64,000 bases of DNA from Longimicrobiales bacterium (GCA_041690395.1 JAWLHJ010000005.1:96001-160000), one strand, 5' to 3'; counted from the first letter of the stretch, positions 19,251 to 29,275 are shown. Numbers and translations: made by a program. Notes: a model not told the origin generated them from the letters alone.

Positions 19251-20756
19251 ATGACTACCGCACTCACACAGGTCGTCGATCGAATCGGTGGTGGCCCTCG
19301 CTTGGGGCTGATCTTCTTCGGTGTCGCGGCGGTCGCCGTCATCTGGGGTTTCGCTCAGTGGGGCATGGAGCCCCGCTACGTCCCGATCGCCACGGGACTC
19401 TCCGTCGAGCGTATCGGAGACGCGACCCAACGCCTCACGGAAGCGGGGATCGAGTACAGGCTCGAGCGTGCAGGCGCCATGCTCACCGTCCCCGACCGCG
19501 ACGCGGCACGTGCTCGTGTGGCGCTCGCTTCGGAAGGGCTGATGGGCGCCGTCGACACACCCGGGTTCGAGCTCTTCGACCAGCCGTCGTGGGGGATGAC
19601 GGACTTCACGCAGCGCGTCAACTACAGACGGGCGCTCGAGGGTGAGTTGGAGCGCACGATGAGCCGGATGAGGGGTGTCGAGCGGGCCCGCGTGCACCTC
19701 GCGCTTCGCGAGCGGTCCTTCCTGCGGGCGTCGGAACAGGCTGCGGAGGCGTCCGTCGTGCTGAGCCTGACCGACGCCTCGTCGGTCCCGGAGTCCGTCG
19801 TACGAGGTGTGCGCTCGCTGGTGGCGAGCTCCGTCGAGAACCTGACGCCCGAGAACGTGACGGTTCTCGACGATCGTGGGCGGCTTCTTTCCGAAGACGA
19901 TCCGGATAGCGGCGTGGGTCTCACCCACGCGCAGCTCAAAGTGCAGTCCCAGATCGAGCAGTACCTGGAGACCAAGGCCCAGGCCGTCGTCGCTCAGATC
20001 GTCGGAGCCGGCGGCTCGACCATCCGGGTCGCTGCGGACCTGAACTTCGACGAGATCGCGAGGACCGTTCAGGCCGTCGATCCGAATCAGTCGGCCCTCG
20101 TGTCCGAAGATCGCGCGGAGATCACGCCTGGAGACGAAGCGCAGGGCGCGGGATCCCTCCAGACATCCTCGGCCTTCGAAACGACCCGTTCGGTGGAGAC
20201 GGTCTCCCGGGGCGGCGCGAGAGTCGAGCGACTGACCGTTGCCGTGGTCGTGGCGGATCGCCGCGCGGAGTCCGCGGACGGCGTGGTGGCCTTCGAGCCC
20301 CGCACCGCGGCCGAGCTGCGCCAGATCGAGCTCCTGGTGGGCAACGCGGTGGGGTTCTCGGCCCCGCGCGGTGACCAGATCTCCGTCATGTCGGCGCCTG
20401 TGGAACAGGCCCAGCCGGAAGTCTTCACCGACGCGGAGCGTGAGGTCGACTACGCGGGCATCGTGATGGCCGCCCAACGCCCGTTCATTGCGTTCGTCGC
20501 CCTCACGGTCGCCTTCCTCATCGCCCTCAGGGTTCTGAAGACCTTGAGGTTGGCTCCCGCGTCACCGAACCCGGGATCCGGCACAGGAGGCTTGAAGCTG
20601 GAGGCATCGGGCGACCGCACCGACGGGCGCTCCCTTCCCCAGGGTGCGCCTGGTCGGGAGGCGGTGGAGACCGCCCCGCCACCCAGGGCGGAGCTCAAGC
20701 TCCAGGACCCGGAGATGACCGCGAAGGTGCTCCGTAGCTGGATGAGGGACAGCTGA
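19251..20756 (+). CDS. fliF: MS-ring protein FliF
   Basis: Two TM segments; GFELFD...GMTDF...NYRRALEGELERT; ARVHLA; ASVVL. Confidence 0.95.
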   Translation: MTTALTQVVDRIGGGPRLGLIFFGVAAVAVIWGFAQWGMEPRYVPIATGLSVERIGDATQRLTEAGIEYRLERAGAMLTVPDRDAARARVALASEGLMGAVDTPGFELFDQPSWGMTDFTQRVNYRRALEGELERTMSRMRGVERARVHLALRERSFLRASEQAAEASVVLSLTDASSVPESVVRGVRSLVASSVENLTPENVTVLDDRGRLLSEDDPDSGVGLTHAQLKVQSQIEQYLETKAQAVVAQIVGAGGSTIRVAADLNFDEIARTVQAVDPNQSALVSEDRAEITPGDEAQGAGSLQTSSAFETTRSVETVSRGGARVERLTVAVVVADRRAESADGVVAFEPRTAAELRQIELLVGNAVGFSAPRGDQISVMSAPVEQAQPEVFTDAEREVDYAGIVMAAQRPFIAFVALTVAFLIALRVLKTLRLAPASPNPGSGTGGLKLEASGDRTDGRSLPQGAPGREAVETAPPPRAELKLQDPEMTAKVLRSWMRDS

Positions 20757-20757
20757 C

Positions 20758-21789
20758 ATGGGCAACGCCGTGACCAGGGTCCCGAAGCCGGAGGATCTGA
20801 CGGGGCGTCAGAAGGTCGCCGTCCTGTTGATGGCCGTGGGAGAAGAGGCTTCCGCGGCCATCACGAAGAACATGTCCGCCGACGAGGTGGAGGCCATCTC
20901 CCTGGAGATCGCCAAGATGGATCGGGTCTCGCCCCAACTCGTGGAGCAAGTGCTCGATGAGTGGCAGCACACCGAGCAGGCGGCTTTCAGCCTGGCGTCC
21001 GGAGGGGTCGACTACGCGCGGCGCGTCCTCGAGAAGGCCTTCGGCAGCGTGAAGGCGTCGGCGGTCCTCAAGCGGATCGAGGCCCAGCTGTTGGACCATG
21101 TGTCCCTCACGCATCTGAGGAAGGCCGACGTCGCCCAGCTGTCGGCCTTCATTCGCAACGAGTATCCGCAGACCATCGCGCTCATCCTCGCCTTCCTCGA
21201 TCCAGGCCAGACCGCCGCCATCCTGCGTGACACCGACCCGGGCGTAGGCAGTGATATCCTCTTGCGCATCGCGAGAATGCAGAAGGTCATGCCGGACGTC
21301 CTGAAGCTCCTCGAGGAGGCCATCGGTACCGACGCCGAACTCTCCAGCTCGGGCAACGGCTCGGCGGCCGGCGGACCCGGCGCGGTCGCCGAGGTGCTCA
21401 ACCTGCTGTCGGCCGGCGCTGAGAAGGACCTGTTGGAGGGTGTGGCCGCGGTGGATGCCGAGCTCTCGGAGCAGATCAAGAACCTCATGTTCGTCTTCGA
21501 GGACATCGTCAAGCTCGACGAGAAGTCGGTGACCCGGCTCCTACGCGACGTGGACACCCGTGAACTCGCGACGGCGCTCAAGCTGGCGAGCGATGAGCTG
21601 AAGGAGCACCTGATGGCATCCATGTCCTCACGCGCGCGGGACGCCCTCGAGGAAGAGATCGAGTTCCTCGGCCCGCTCCGCGTGAGTGACATCGAGGCGG
21701 CCCAGGCCAATATCGTGAAGCTGACGCGGGCGCTCGAGGATGCCGGTGAGATCGTGGTGGGAGGTGGGGATGACGTCGTCGTCGACTGA
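20758..21789 (+). CDS. fliG: Motor switch protein FliG
   Basis: LTGRQKVAVLL; GGVDYARRVL; EYPQTIALILAFL; MFVFEDI; GPLRVSDIEAAQ. Confidence 0.96.
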   Translation: MGNAVTRVPKPEDLTGRQKVAVLLMAVGEEASAAITKNMSADEVEAISLEIAKMDRVSPQLVEQVLDEWQHTEQAAFSLASGGVDYARRVLEKAFGSVKASAVLKRIEAQLLDHVSLTHLRKADVAQLSAFIRNEYPQTIALILAFLDPGQTAAILRDTDPGVGSDILLRIARMQKVMPDVLKLLEEAIGTDAELSSSGNGSAAGGPGAVAEVLNLLSAGAEKDLLEGVAAVDAELSEQIKNLMFVFEDIVKLDEKSVTRLLRDVDTRELATALKLASDELKEHLMASMSSRARDALEEEIEFLGPLRVSDIEAAQANIVKLTRALEDAGEIVVGGGDDVVVD

Positions 21790-22408
21790 CACGTCCGCCC
21801 CCTCCGCCTCGCGGCTCGCGCCGCGCGCCTGGCCCTGGGCCGAGCTGGAGCCCGGTGGGCAGGTGGGCATGGTGGACTCCTCTCGCGAAGAGGCGGTGGA
21901 GGAGCGCCATCGAGAGGAGCTCGAGGAGGCCTACCGCCGCGGCGTCGAAGACGGACGGACATCCGCGCGTGCTCAAGCAAGAAAGGAGCTGGCGTCGGCC
22001 ATGGGCGTCGCCTTGAAGGCCATGGGCGAGATCAAGTCGGGTCGTGCCATGTGGATGTCGACCGTGAAGGAGAATCTCGTGACCCTCGCAGCCGGCATCG
22101 CCCGGCAGATCGTGGACCGGGAGCTGAGTCTCGATCCGACCATCTTCGTCGATACCGCCAAGAAGGCGATCTCCGCCTTTCCATTGGACGAGCCGCTTCG
22201 TGTCCGTGTCCACCCGGAGGATCTCGCGATGCTGGAAGAGGCCGAGGCCCTGTCACCGGACGACCTCAAGGGAGACCGCGCTGTGAGGTGGGTGCTCGAC
22301 GAGGCCATGGTGCGCGGCGGGTGCGTGGTGGAAGGTCCGGATCGCATCGTCGATGGCCGAGTGGACGAAGCTTTGGTTCGCGTCGTCAGGACGCTGACCC
22401 ATGGTTGA
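21770..22408 (+). CDS. fliH: Export apparatus protein FliH
   Basis: AYRRGVEDG; VRVHPEDL; RGGCVVE; located between fliG and fliI. Confidence 0.88.
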   Translation: MTSSSTDTSAPSASRLAPRAWPWAELEPGGQVGMVDSSREEAVEERHREELEEAYRRGVEDGRTSARAQARKELASAMGVALKAMGEIKSGRAMWMSTVKENLVTLAAGIARQIVDRELSLDPTIFVDTAKKAISAFPLDEPLRVRVHPEDLAMLEEAEALSPDDLKGDRAVRWVLDEAMVRGGCVVEGPDRIVDGRVDEALVRVVRTLTHG

Positions 22409-23732
22409 CGGGCTGGTGGCGAAGGTCGAGGCGGTTTCGCGGTTCGCCCAGTACGGGCGAGCCACGCGTGTGGTCGGGCTGGTGGTCGAGGCCGTAGGGG
22501 TCGATGTGGCCATGGGCGAGCTGTGCCGCGTGCGAAGCCTCACCCACGACGCGACCGTGCTCGCGGAAGTGGTGGGGTTTCACGCCGGTGGGGTGTTGCT
22601 CATGCCGCTCGGAGACGTCGACGGCATTCATCCCGGAAGCGCCGTCGAGCCCATGGGGAGATCCTTCGGCCTGCGGGTGGGGCCGGGTTTGTTGGGTCGT
22701 ACGCTGGATGGACTCGGGAACCCCATGGATGGTCTCGGGGACGTGGGGCCGACCGTCCCCGCTCCGCTCCTCGCGGATCCGCCGAATCCTCTCACGCGTC
22801 GCGCGATCGACGAGCCCATGGCCACCGGCGTGCGGGCCATTGACGGACTCCTCACGGTGGGCCGTGGCCAGCGCATTGGGATCTTCGCGGGCAGCGGTGT
22901 CGGGAAGAGCACCCTGCTCGGCATGATCGCCCGGCATGCGCAGGCCGACGTCAACGTGATCGCGTTGCTCGGGGAGCGAGGACGTGAGGTCCAGGAGTTC
23001 ATCCGAAGCTCGCTCGGGCCCGAGGGTCTGTCCCGGTCCGTGCTGGTGGTCGCCACCGGTGATCAGTCGGCTCTCGTCAGGGCGCGGGGCGCCCTCGTGG
23101 CGACCTCCATCGCCGAGTACTTCCGGGACCAGGGCAAGCAGGTCCTCCTCATGGTCGACTCCGTCACCCGGGTGGCGATGGCCTGGCGTGAGATCGGGTT
23201 GGCCGTCGGCGAGCCGCCGACCACCCGTGGGTATCCCCCGTCGGTGTTCGCCCAGCTGCCGCGCCTCCTGGAGCGGGCGGGGAACGCCGAGGTGGGGGGG
23301 ATTACCGGTGTCTATACCGTCCTCGTCGAAGGGGACGACTTCAACGAGCCCGTCGCCGATCATGTCAGGTCGGTCCTGGACGGGCACATCGTGTTGAGCC
23401 GGCGTCTGGCCGGCGCCGGGCACTTTCCGGCCATCGAGGTCACGGAAAGCGCCAGCCGAACCAGGAATCAGGTCGTGGCTCCCGAGCATTGGAACGCGGC
23501 CAACCAGCTCACGTCGCTCGTGGCGGCATACAGGGAGAAGGAGGACTTGATATCCGTGGGCGCGTACCAAGAAGGAACTGACCCGAGGCTCGATGCGGCC
23601 GTGCGGCTGCGGGACGAAACCACGGACTTCCTGTGCCAAGCGCCGGACGAGGTCGCGGACTTCGGAGAGACACATGAGCGCCTGCTCGGCCTGGTGGGCC
23701 GCGTGGAAGCCACGGGACGGACGGGGCGATGA
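22401..23732 (+). CDS. fliI: Flagellar export ATPase FliI
   Basis: GIFAGSGVGKSTL, GERGREV, DSVTR, GYPPSVF, LDGHIVLSR. Confidence 0.97.
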   Translation: MVDGLVAKVEAVSRFAQYGRATRVVGLVVEAVGVDVAMGELCRVRSLTHDATVLAEVVGFHAGGVLLMPLGDVDGIHPGSAVEPMGRSFGLRVGPGLLGRTLDGLGNPMDGLGDVGPTVPAPLLADPPNPLTRRAIDEPMATGVRAIDGLLTVGRGQRIGIFAGSGVGKSTLLGMIARHAQADVNVIALLGERGREVQEFIRSSLGPEGLSRSVLVVATGDQSALVRARGALVATSIAEYFRDQGKQVLLMVDSVTRVAMAWREIGLAVGEPPTTRGYPPSVFAQLPRLLERAGNAEVGGITGVYTVLVEGDDFNEPVADHVRSVLDGHIVLSRRLAGAGHFPAIEVTESASRTRNQVVAPEHWNAANQLTSLVAAYREKEDLISVGAYQEGTDPRLDAAVRLRDETTDFLCQAPDEVADFGETHERLLGLVGRVEATGRTGR

Positions 23733-24202
23733 GTGACCGATTCAAGTTCCGGCTCCAGAGCGTGCTCGAGCTCAAGGAGCAGGGCGAGAAGGACTCGGCG
23801 GTGGGGTTGGCCAGGGCGCGGCGCGATGCCGAGTCCGCGACTCGGGCCAAGGAGATGCTCGAGACGGCTCGAGAGTCCGGGCGCACGGACCTGGCGCGTG
23901 CGCATGGCGCGGGCGGGTCGGTCGGGCACATGCGCAACCTGTCCTACGTCCTGGAGCGGGTGGACGATCAGATCCGGGCCGCCGACGAGGTCTGCAAGGA
24001 GGCGGACGAGGCCGTGGTCGAGAGGCTCGAGCATTACCGTGCGGCTCTGCGTGACCGGAAGACCATCGAAGGGCTGCGGGAGCGGAAGCTCCACCAGTGG
24101 CGGAGCGAGGAAGTACGGTCCGAACAAAAAGCGATGGACGACATCGCCATCACGCGGCACGGGCGTTCCGGATCGGCCGCGAGGTTGGGGGCCGGCGAAT
24201 GA
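23729..24202 (+). CDS. fliJ: Export protein FliJ
   Basis: FKFRLQSVLELK...EQKAMDD; follows fliI. Confidence 0.9.
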   Translation: MSDRFKFRLQSVLELKEQGEKDSAVGLARARRDAESATRAKEMLETARESGRTDLARAHGAGGSVGHMRNLSYVLERVDDQIRAADEVCKEADEAVVERLEHYRAALRDRKTIEGLRERKLHQWRSEEVRSEQKAMDDIAITRHGRSGSAARLGAGE

Positions 24203-24924
24203 GACTCGCCATGATCGGACTCGTATCCCTCATCGTCGGCGTGCTGGGCGGTGCCCTGTTCAGTGGGAACCGCATGAAGAACGCCATCCTGGAGGAGCGG
24301 GCTCAGGTCGCCGCTGACTCCCCCGAGTCTCTCGGCGGGTCGGACGTGGCGAGCGCCGCCCAGGAGAGAGCCGGAGCCGGGTCTCCGAGGGTGGCGCCTT
24401 CGACCGACCGCACGAATCCGGAAGACCGACCGGGCGTCCCGGATCGCGGAGCGGGAGAGGCGTCGACTCCCGGGGCCAGATCCTCGGTGACGACCGCCGC
24501 TCTCGACCCTCCGAGCGGAGAGCGGTCCGGACCTGAGCGCGCGTCGACCGGGACGGGCGCTTCGACCCCCGAGGTCGGCGGCAACGCGGTCTCCGTCGGG
24601 GTGGACGAGGCGGCGACGGGCGCCGCCGGCCCCACGTCGTCGGGTGGTCCCGAAGTCGCGCCCACCGGCACGGAGGTGGCGGCGCCCGCAGGGGTAGTCG
24701 CTGACTCCGCAGCGATCCAGGGCGCCATGCAGCTGGCCCGGATGTTCAGCTCCATGAAGGCCGTCGACGCGGCCGCCGTGCTCCAGGAGCTCACCGACGC
24801 CGAGGTCGATGCGATCCTCCGCCACATGCAGTCACGGCTGGCTGGCCAGATTCTCGGAGAGTTCGAGCCGGCACGTGCGGCGCTGTTGAGCCGCACGGTG
24901 TTGGGAGGCACACCCACGCCATGA
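24199..24924 (+). CDS. MotE/YlxF/FlbB-like protein (N-terminal TM, C-terminal MgtE_N-like domain)
   Basis: LARMFSSMKAVDAAAVLQEL...ILRHMQSRLAGQILGEFEPARAA; in the fliJ-X-fliK position. Confidence 0.75.
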   Translation: MRLAMIGLVSLIVGVLGGALFSGNRMKNAILEERAQVAADSPESLGGSDVASAAQERAGAGSPRVAPSTDRTNPEDRPGVPDRGAGEASTPGARSSVTTAALDPPSGERSGPERASTGTGASTPEVGGNAVSVGVDEAATGAAGPTSSGGPEVAPTGTEVAAPAGVVADSAAIQGAMQLARMFSSMKAVDAAAVLQELTDAEVDAILRHMQSRLAGQILGEFEPARAALLSRTVLGGTPTP

Positions 24925-27092
24925 TCTCCCCCAGTCCGAACGCCGGTGGATTCGGGTTGTCAGGCCCCGGGACCGGCGTGACATCGCGCGGGACCGGTGC
25001 GGGCTTCGTCGCCGAGGCTGGCTTCGAGTCCGGAACCGTACACGAGCGCGAGACCGTGCCGTCCGGAAGCCCGGCGGGTCCGGACTTCGCCGTGGCCTTC
25101 CTGGCCGCCCTCGGTCTCGGAGATCCTGCGGAGCCGGAGGTCGGGACGCCCGGAGAGCTCGAAGAAGGAGCGCGTCCGGCCCTGGAAGATCCGGTGGCCG
25201 GCGGCTACGGGGACGTCGACGTGAGGGTTCGCGTGCGAAAGGCGCTCCTGGCACCCGGGTCCTCCGCGGTGTCCGGCGAGCCCATCAGGGGCCCGGGATC
25301 GCCTGACATCATGGCGAGCCGGGAAGCGCTTCCGAGCGACTCGTCCGTAATCGCGTCGCCGGCTGACACGGCGGGCGGTCGGCCTGCGACCGGCCCCGCC
25401 ATGGGGAGAGAAGGAGCAGCGGCAGACGTCGTGCGCTCTCTACCCCCGGAGCCGGGTGGGGCGGTCGAGCGTGCGTCCGAGGCGAACCCCGTCCCGGTGC
25501 ATACGATGCGCCCCGACGGCGCATCGACCGACGATCGGGCGTCCGCGACACCGGAAGGCGGGTCCCCGCACCTGGCTGGTCCCGATGCGGCGTCACAGAC
25601 CGACTCTGCGGACGCCTCGACGGCGGACGATGGGGATGCGGTGTTGCCCTCTCCCGGACTATCCCAGGGCGACGCCTCGGAGGCTCCGTCGAGCATGTCC
25701 AGCGGGGCGGCTCCGGCCGCGGGAGAAGCGAGCCGGTCCTGGGAGCGATTGGATCCGGTGCTGAAGGGAAAGCTCGAGCGAGTGATCGACCGTATGCGCT
25801 CCGAGCACGGTCATGAGGTGCAGCTGATCGAGGGTTACAGGACCGGCGAGCGCCAGGCTGAGTTGTTCGCTCAGGGGAGAAGCGCTCCCGGGCCGATCGT
25901 GACCTGGACTCGCTCGTCCCGGCATATGGAAGGTCGCGCCGCGGACCTCATGGTGGATGGCAGCTTCGAGCTCGGGACGGGCTACCAGCGACTTCAGGAG
26001 GTGGCCCGTCAGGAGGGCCTCCGCACGCTGGGGCCGCGAGATCCGGGGCATGTCGAGCTGCCCGAAGGGTTGGACGCACCTTCTGCCCGGCGATTCAGGA
26101 CCGACGCGACCTCGGTCGATGCGGTCCCCGGGGCTTCCGTCGAGCGCCAGACGCAGCGTAGGGCGGCGCGTCCCGAGGGAGCGGTCACGACGGTGCCTCG
26201 GACGATGGACAACGCCATGTGGACGTCGAGTCCGGTTGAGCCCGCGGAGGTGGCACGGGTGGCGGAAGTCGCGCGAGTCGCGGAGATCTCTCCTGTGGCG
26301 AAGGTCGCCCGCGTGGCCGATGTCGCTGGATCGGTGTCCCTCTCCGGCGAGGCAGGTCGCCCGCCGGTCTCCAGCGCTGGAACCGAGGTGTCGGCCACGG
26401 CTCCCATGCGTGCCGAGAATCTCGCCAGCGAGCTCCGGGACCCCGCCGTGGATCCCGGATCGTCGCGCCGGCAAGCATCGCGCCCGATCGATCCGCCACC
26501 CGATCCCGACCTCGGGCGAGACGCCGGGCATGGGGTCGCCGACGGGATCCGGACGCCGGACCTCGGGGGTTCGGGAGGGCGCCGTGGTGCCGTGGCTTCC
26601 GTAGCACCTGTCGACGTGCTCGGCCGGGTCGAGCAGGCTCTCGACATGCGCGAGCTCGGCCGCGCCACCCGCCCGGGATTCGTGTCCCTGCGGATCGGTG
26701 ATGGCTTCGGCGGCGGAGACCAGGTGCGGGTCGGGCTCGCCGATCACCGGGTCGATGTGGATCTCGATCTGACGGACCGTCGCGGGTCGGAGGCCATCCG
26801 GGGCCGTGTGGCCGAACTCTCCAGATCACTGGGAGAGCGGGGCTTGAGCCTGGGTGCCCTACGGGTCTCCTCGCCGGACCCGTCCAGCGGGTGGGCCCAG
26901 GGTCTTCGATCGTCGGCCGATGGCGTGGCGGAGTTGATGAACACCTGGCTGTCCCAGCCGAGCCAGGACCGGGGCCGCGACCCCAACGGAGGCGCACGCT
27001 CACACGATGGCCGGACGCCCCAGGACGAGAGCGGCTCGAGCCGCTCACACTCGAACTCGGACAAGGAAGGGCGGCATGCCCACAAGCATTGA
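24921..27092 (+). CDS. fliK: Hook-length control protein FliK with internal M15 peptidase domain
   Basis: Between the ylxF-like gene and flgD; low-complexity Pro/Ala/Ser N-terminus; FliK_C-like C-terminus (VSLRI...VRVGL..RVDVDL...ELSRSLGERGL); internal EGYRT..RQAELFAQGR...SRHMEGRAAD...DPGHVEL. Confidence 0.78.
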   Translation: MISPSPNAGGFGLSGPGTGVTSRGTGAGFVAEAGFESGTVHERETVPSGSPAGPDFAVAFLAALGLGDPAEPEVGTPGELEEGARPALEDPVAGGYGDVDVRVRVRKALLAPGSSAVSGEPIRGPGSPDIMASREALPSDSSVIASPADTAGGRPATGPAMGREGAAADVVRSLPPEPGGAVERASEANPVPVHTMRPDGASTDDRASATPEGGSPHLAGPDAASQTDSADASTADDGDAVLPSPGLSQGDASEAPSSMSSGAAPAAGEASRSWERLDPVLKGKLERVIDRMRSEHGHEVQLIEGYRTGERQAELFAQGRSAPGPIVTWTRSSRHMEGRAADLMVDGSFELGTGYQRLQEVARQEGLRTLGPRDPGHVELPEGLDAPSARRFRTDATSVDAVPGASVERQTQRRAARPEGAVTTVPRTMDNAMWTSSPVEPAEVARVAEVARVAEISPVAKVARVADVAGSVSLSGEAGRPPVSSAGTEVSATAPMRAENLASELRDPAVDPGSSRRQASRPIDPPPDPDLGRDAGHGVADGIRTPDLGGSGGRRGAVASVAPVDVLGRVEQALDMRELGRATRPGFVSLRIGDGFGGGDQVRVGLADHRVDVDLDLTDRRGSEAIRGRVAELSRSLGERGLSLGALRVSSPDPSSGWAQGLRSSADGVAELMNTWLSQPSQDRGRDPNGGARSHDGRTPQDESGSSRSHSNSDKEGRHAHKH

Positions 27093-27756
27093 AGCATCGC
27101 AGCCCCCCGTCCTCCTGCCGTCTCGCATGACGGTGGGGGGAGCGCAGGGGAACCCCACGCTCGGGAAGCAGGAGTTCCTGCAACTCCTGGTAGCCCAGCT
27201 GAAGCATCAGGACCCCATGAATCCCAGCAACCCCGAGGACATGGCGGCTCAGCTCGCTCAGTTCTCGTCGGTCGAACAGCTCATCGGCATCAATGAGCAG
27301 CTGGGTACGCAGGCCTCCTCCGCGGAGGTCATGGCGTCGTCGCTGAACAACAGCACCGCGGTCGGCGTCATCGGAAAGAACGTGCTCACCCCCGGGGACC
27401 AGGTCGCCATCGACGACCCTGACGGCGGAGCAGTGACCGTCGTGGTCGGGGAGGGAGGAGGTCGCGGCGTCCTGACGCTCTTCGATGAGGGGGGAAACCG
27501 GGTCGGTGCCCGTGATCTCGGCACCCTGGACGGTGGTCGGCAGGACATCGACCTCGGGAGTGCCGCCGACGGGCTCCCGCCAGGGGACTACCGATACGAG
27601 GTCAGCGTCCAGGACGCTGACCAGTCTTCGGTCGAAGTCCGCACGCTCATGCGCGCCCACATCGACGGCGTGCGCTACGGCTCGAACGGCCCGCAGCTGC
27701 TTTCCGGGGATCTGGAGATCCCGATGGCCGACGTGATCGAAATCATCCAGCAGTAA
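27076..27756 (+). CDS. flgD: Hook capping protein FlgD
   Basis: LGKQEFLQLLVAQLKHQDPMNP...AQLAQFSSVEQL; C-terminal Ig-like domain. Confidence 0.93.
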   Translation: MPTSIEASQPPVLLPSRMTVGGAQGNPTLGKQEFLQLLVAQLKHQDPMNPSNPEDMAAQLAQFSSVEQLIGINEQLGTQASSAEVMASSLNNSTAVGVIGKNVLTPGDQVAIDDPDGGAVTVVVGEGGGRGVLTLFDEGGNRVGARDLGTLDGGRQDIDLGSAADGLPPGDYRYEVSVQDADQSSVEVRTLMRAHIDGVRYGSNGPQLLSGDLEIPMADVIEIIQQ

Positions 27757-27784
27757 GACTCTTCACAACAGGAGAAGCCACACC

Positions 27785-29032
27785 ATGATGCGCTCACTCT
27801 TCGCCGGTGTGTCCGGCTTGCGGAATCATCAGATCCGCATGGATGTCATCGGGAACAACATCGCCAACGTGAACACCACGGGGTACAAAGCCAGTCGCGT
27901 GACCTTCGAGGAGGCCTTCGCCCAGCAGCTGCAGGGAGCGAGTCGGCCTCCGGGCGACTCCGGAAACGTCTCGGGTGGCGTGAATCCGGTGCAGGTCGGG
28001 TTGGGCATGAACATCGGCTCCATCGACCTGCTGTTCACGCAGGGGAACCTCGAGACGACGGGTGTCACCACGGATCTGGCGATTCAGGGGGATTCCTTCT
28101 TCGTCGCTTCCGATGGCTCTCAGAACTTCTTCACCCGCTCCGGGAATTTCCAGCTGGATGCGAACGGGCGCATGGTGGCTTCCACGAACGGCTTCATCGT
28201 GCAGGGAAAGATCGCGGAAGGCGGCGTGCTGACCGACACGATTCAGGATATCCGGCTTCCGTTCGGGCAGAAGTCGGCCGCTCGGGCGACGGAGACGGTC
28301 TCCTTCGCCGGTAACCTCGACGCGGAGGCCGACATCGGCGCCACGCGCGAGACGACGATCACGGTGTTCGATGCGATGGGCGCTCGTGACGAGATGACCA
28401 TCAGCTTCACGAAGACCAGCGGCACGACGTGGGACTATTCGGTGGCCTCGGGGGATGGTACGACGGTCTCCGGAGACACGGGTACGCTCACCTTCGACAA
28501 TCAGGGCCGGCTGACCGCGCCCGTGCCGACCGACCCCTTCGTCTTCACGCCGGCGTCGGGCGCCGAAGACGTGTCCGTGGACCTGCGCTTCGGAACCGCC
28601 GGCTCCATTGAAGGGCTCTCCCAGTTCGCCGCGCCGAGCACGGCGGTGGTTCGTGACCAGGACGGGTATACGATGGGTGACCTCGAGCGGATTTCCATCG
28701 ACCAGACCGGTACCGTGACCGGCGCGTTCACGAACGGGGTGACCCTGACGTTGGCGCAGATCGTGCTCGCCGACTTCAACAACCCGGCGGGCCTCATCCG
28801 GAGCGGTGACAACATGTACCAGGTGTCCGCCAACTCCGGATCGCCGGTCCTCGGCTTCTCCGGTGAGGGCAGCCAGTCCTCCATCACGTCGGGTGCTCTC
28901 GAGATGTCGAACGTCGATCTCGCGCAGGAGTTCACGGGCATGATCACCGCCCAGCGAGGCTTCCAGTCCAACGCGCGAGTGATCACCACCGCGGACGAGA
29001 TGCTGCAGGAGGTCGTGACGCTGAAGCGATGA
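27785..29032 (+). CDS. flgE: Hook protein FlgE
   Basis: MMRSLFAGVSGL...DVIGNNIANVNTTGYK...LEMSNVDLAQEFTGMITAQRGFQSNARVI. Confidence 0.96.
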   Translation: MMRSLFAGVSGLRNHQIRMDVIGNNIANVNTTGYKASRVTFEEAFAQQLQGASRPPGDSGNVSGGVNPVQVGLGMNIGSIDLLFTQGNLETTGVTTDLAIQGDSFFVASDGSQNFFTRSGNFQLDANGRMVASTNGFIVQGKIAEGGVLTDTIQDIRLPFGQKSAARATETVSFAGNLDAEADIGATRETTITVFDAMGARDEMTISFTKTSGTTWDYSVASGDGTTVSGDTGTLTFDNQGRLTAPVPTDPFVFTPASGAEDVSVDLRFGTAGSIEGLSQFAAPSTAVVRDQDGYTMGDLERISIDQTGTVTGAFTNGVTLTLAQIVLADFNNPAGLIRSGDNMYQVSANSGSPVLGFSGEGSQSSITSGALEMSNVDLAQEFTGMITAQRGFQSNARVITTADEMLQEVVTLKR

Positions 29033-29060
29033 TCCGGGCTGACTGACTCGTGATCGACGA

Positions 29061-29098
29061 GAGCCTCGGGGCCGCGTGATGGCGGCCCCGGGGCTCTT
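29061..29098 (+). terminator. Hairpin/terminator after flgE
   Basis: GAGCCTCGGGGCCGC ... GCGGCCCCGGGGCTC-TT inverted repeat (one G-U pair). Confidence 0.65.
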
Positions 29099-29117
29099 CG
29101 TGCTCCGGGGCCAAGGC

Positions 29118-29154
29118 GGCAATCCTGTCCGCCTCGACCCCGGAAGGATCTTCC
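29118..29154. promoter_or_regulatory. Tandem enhancer (UAS) sites upstream of fliL
   Basis: GGCAATCCTGTCC (29118) and GGAAGGATCTTCC (29142). Confidence 0.65.
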
Positions 29155-29275
29155 GTACTCCCCGCGACGGACCTGTGGACGAGTCTCTTCGCGCCGAGGG
29201 GTGGCGCGCTCGTAAATCGTTGTGTGTCAGTTCTTTGGGCGCACATGGGGTGTGTCCCGCCGTGTGTCTTGGGTG

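Noticed and set aside
25730..26065. M15 domain as a prophage endolysin remnant or separate gene
   Set aside because: It is in frame within the fliK-position ORF, and no phage, holin or integrase genes or obvious compositional break lie nearby.
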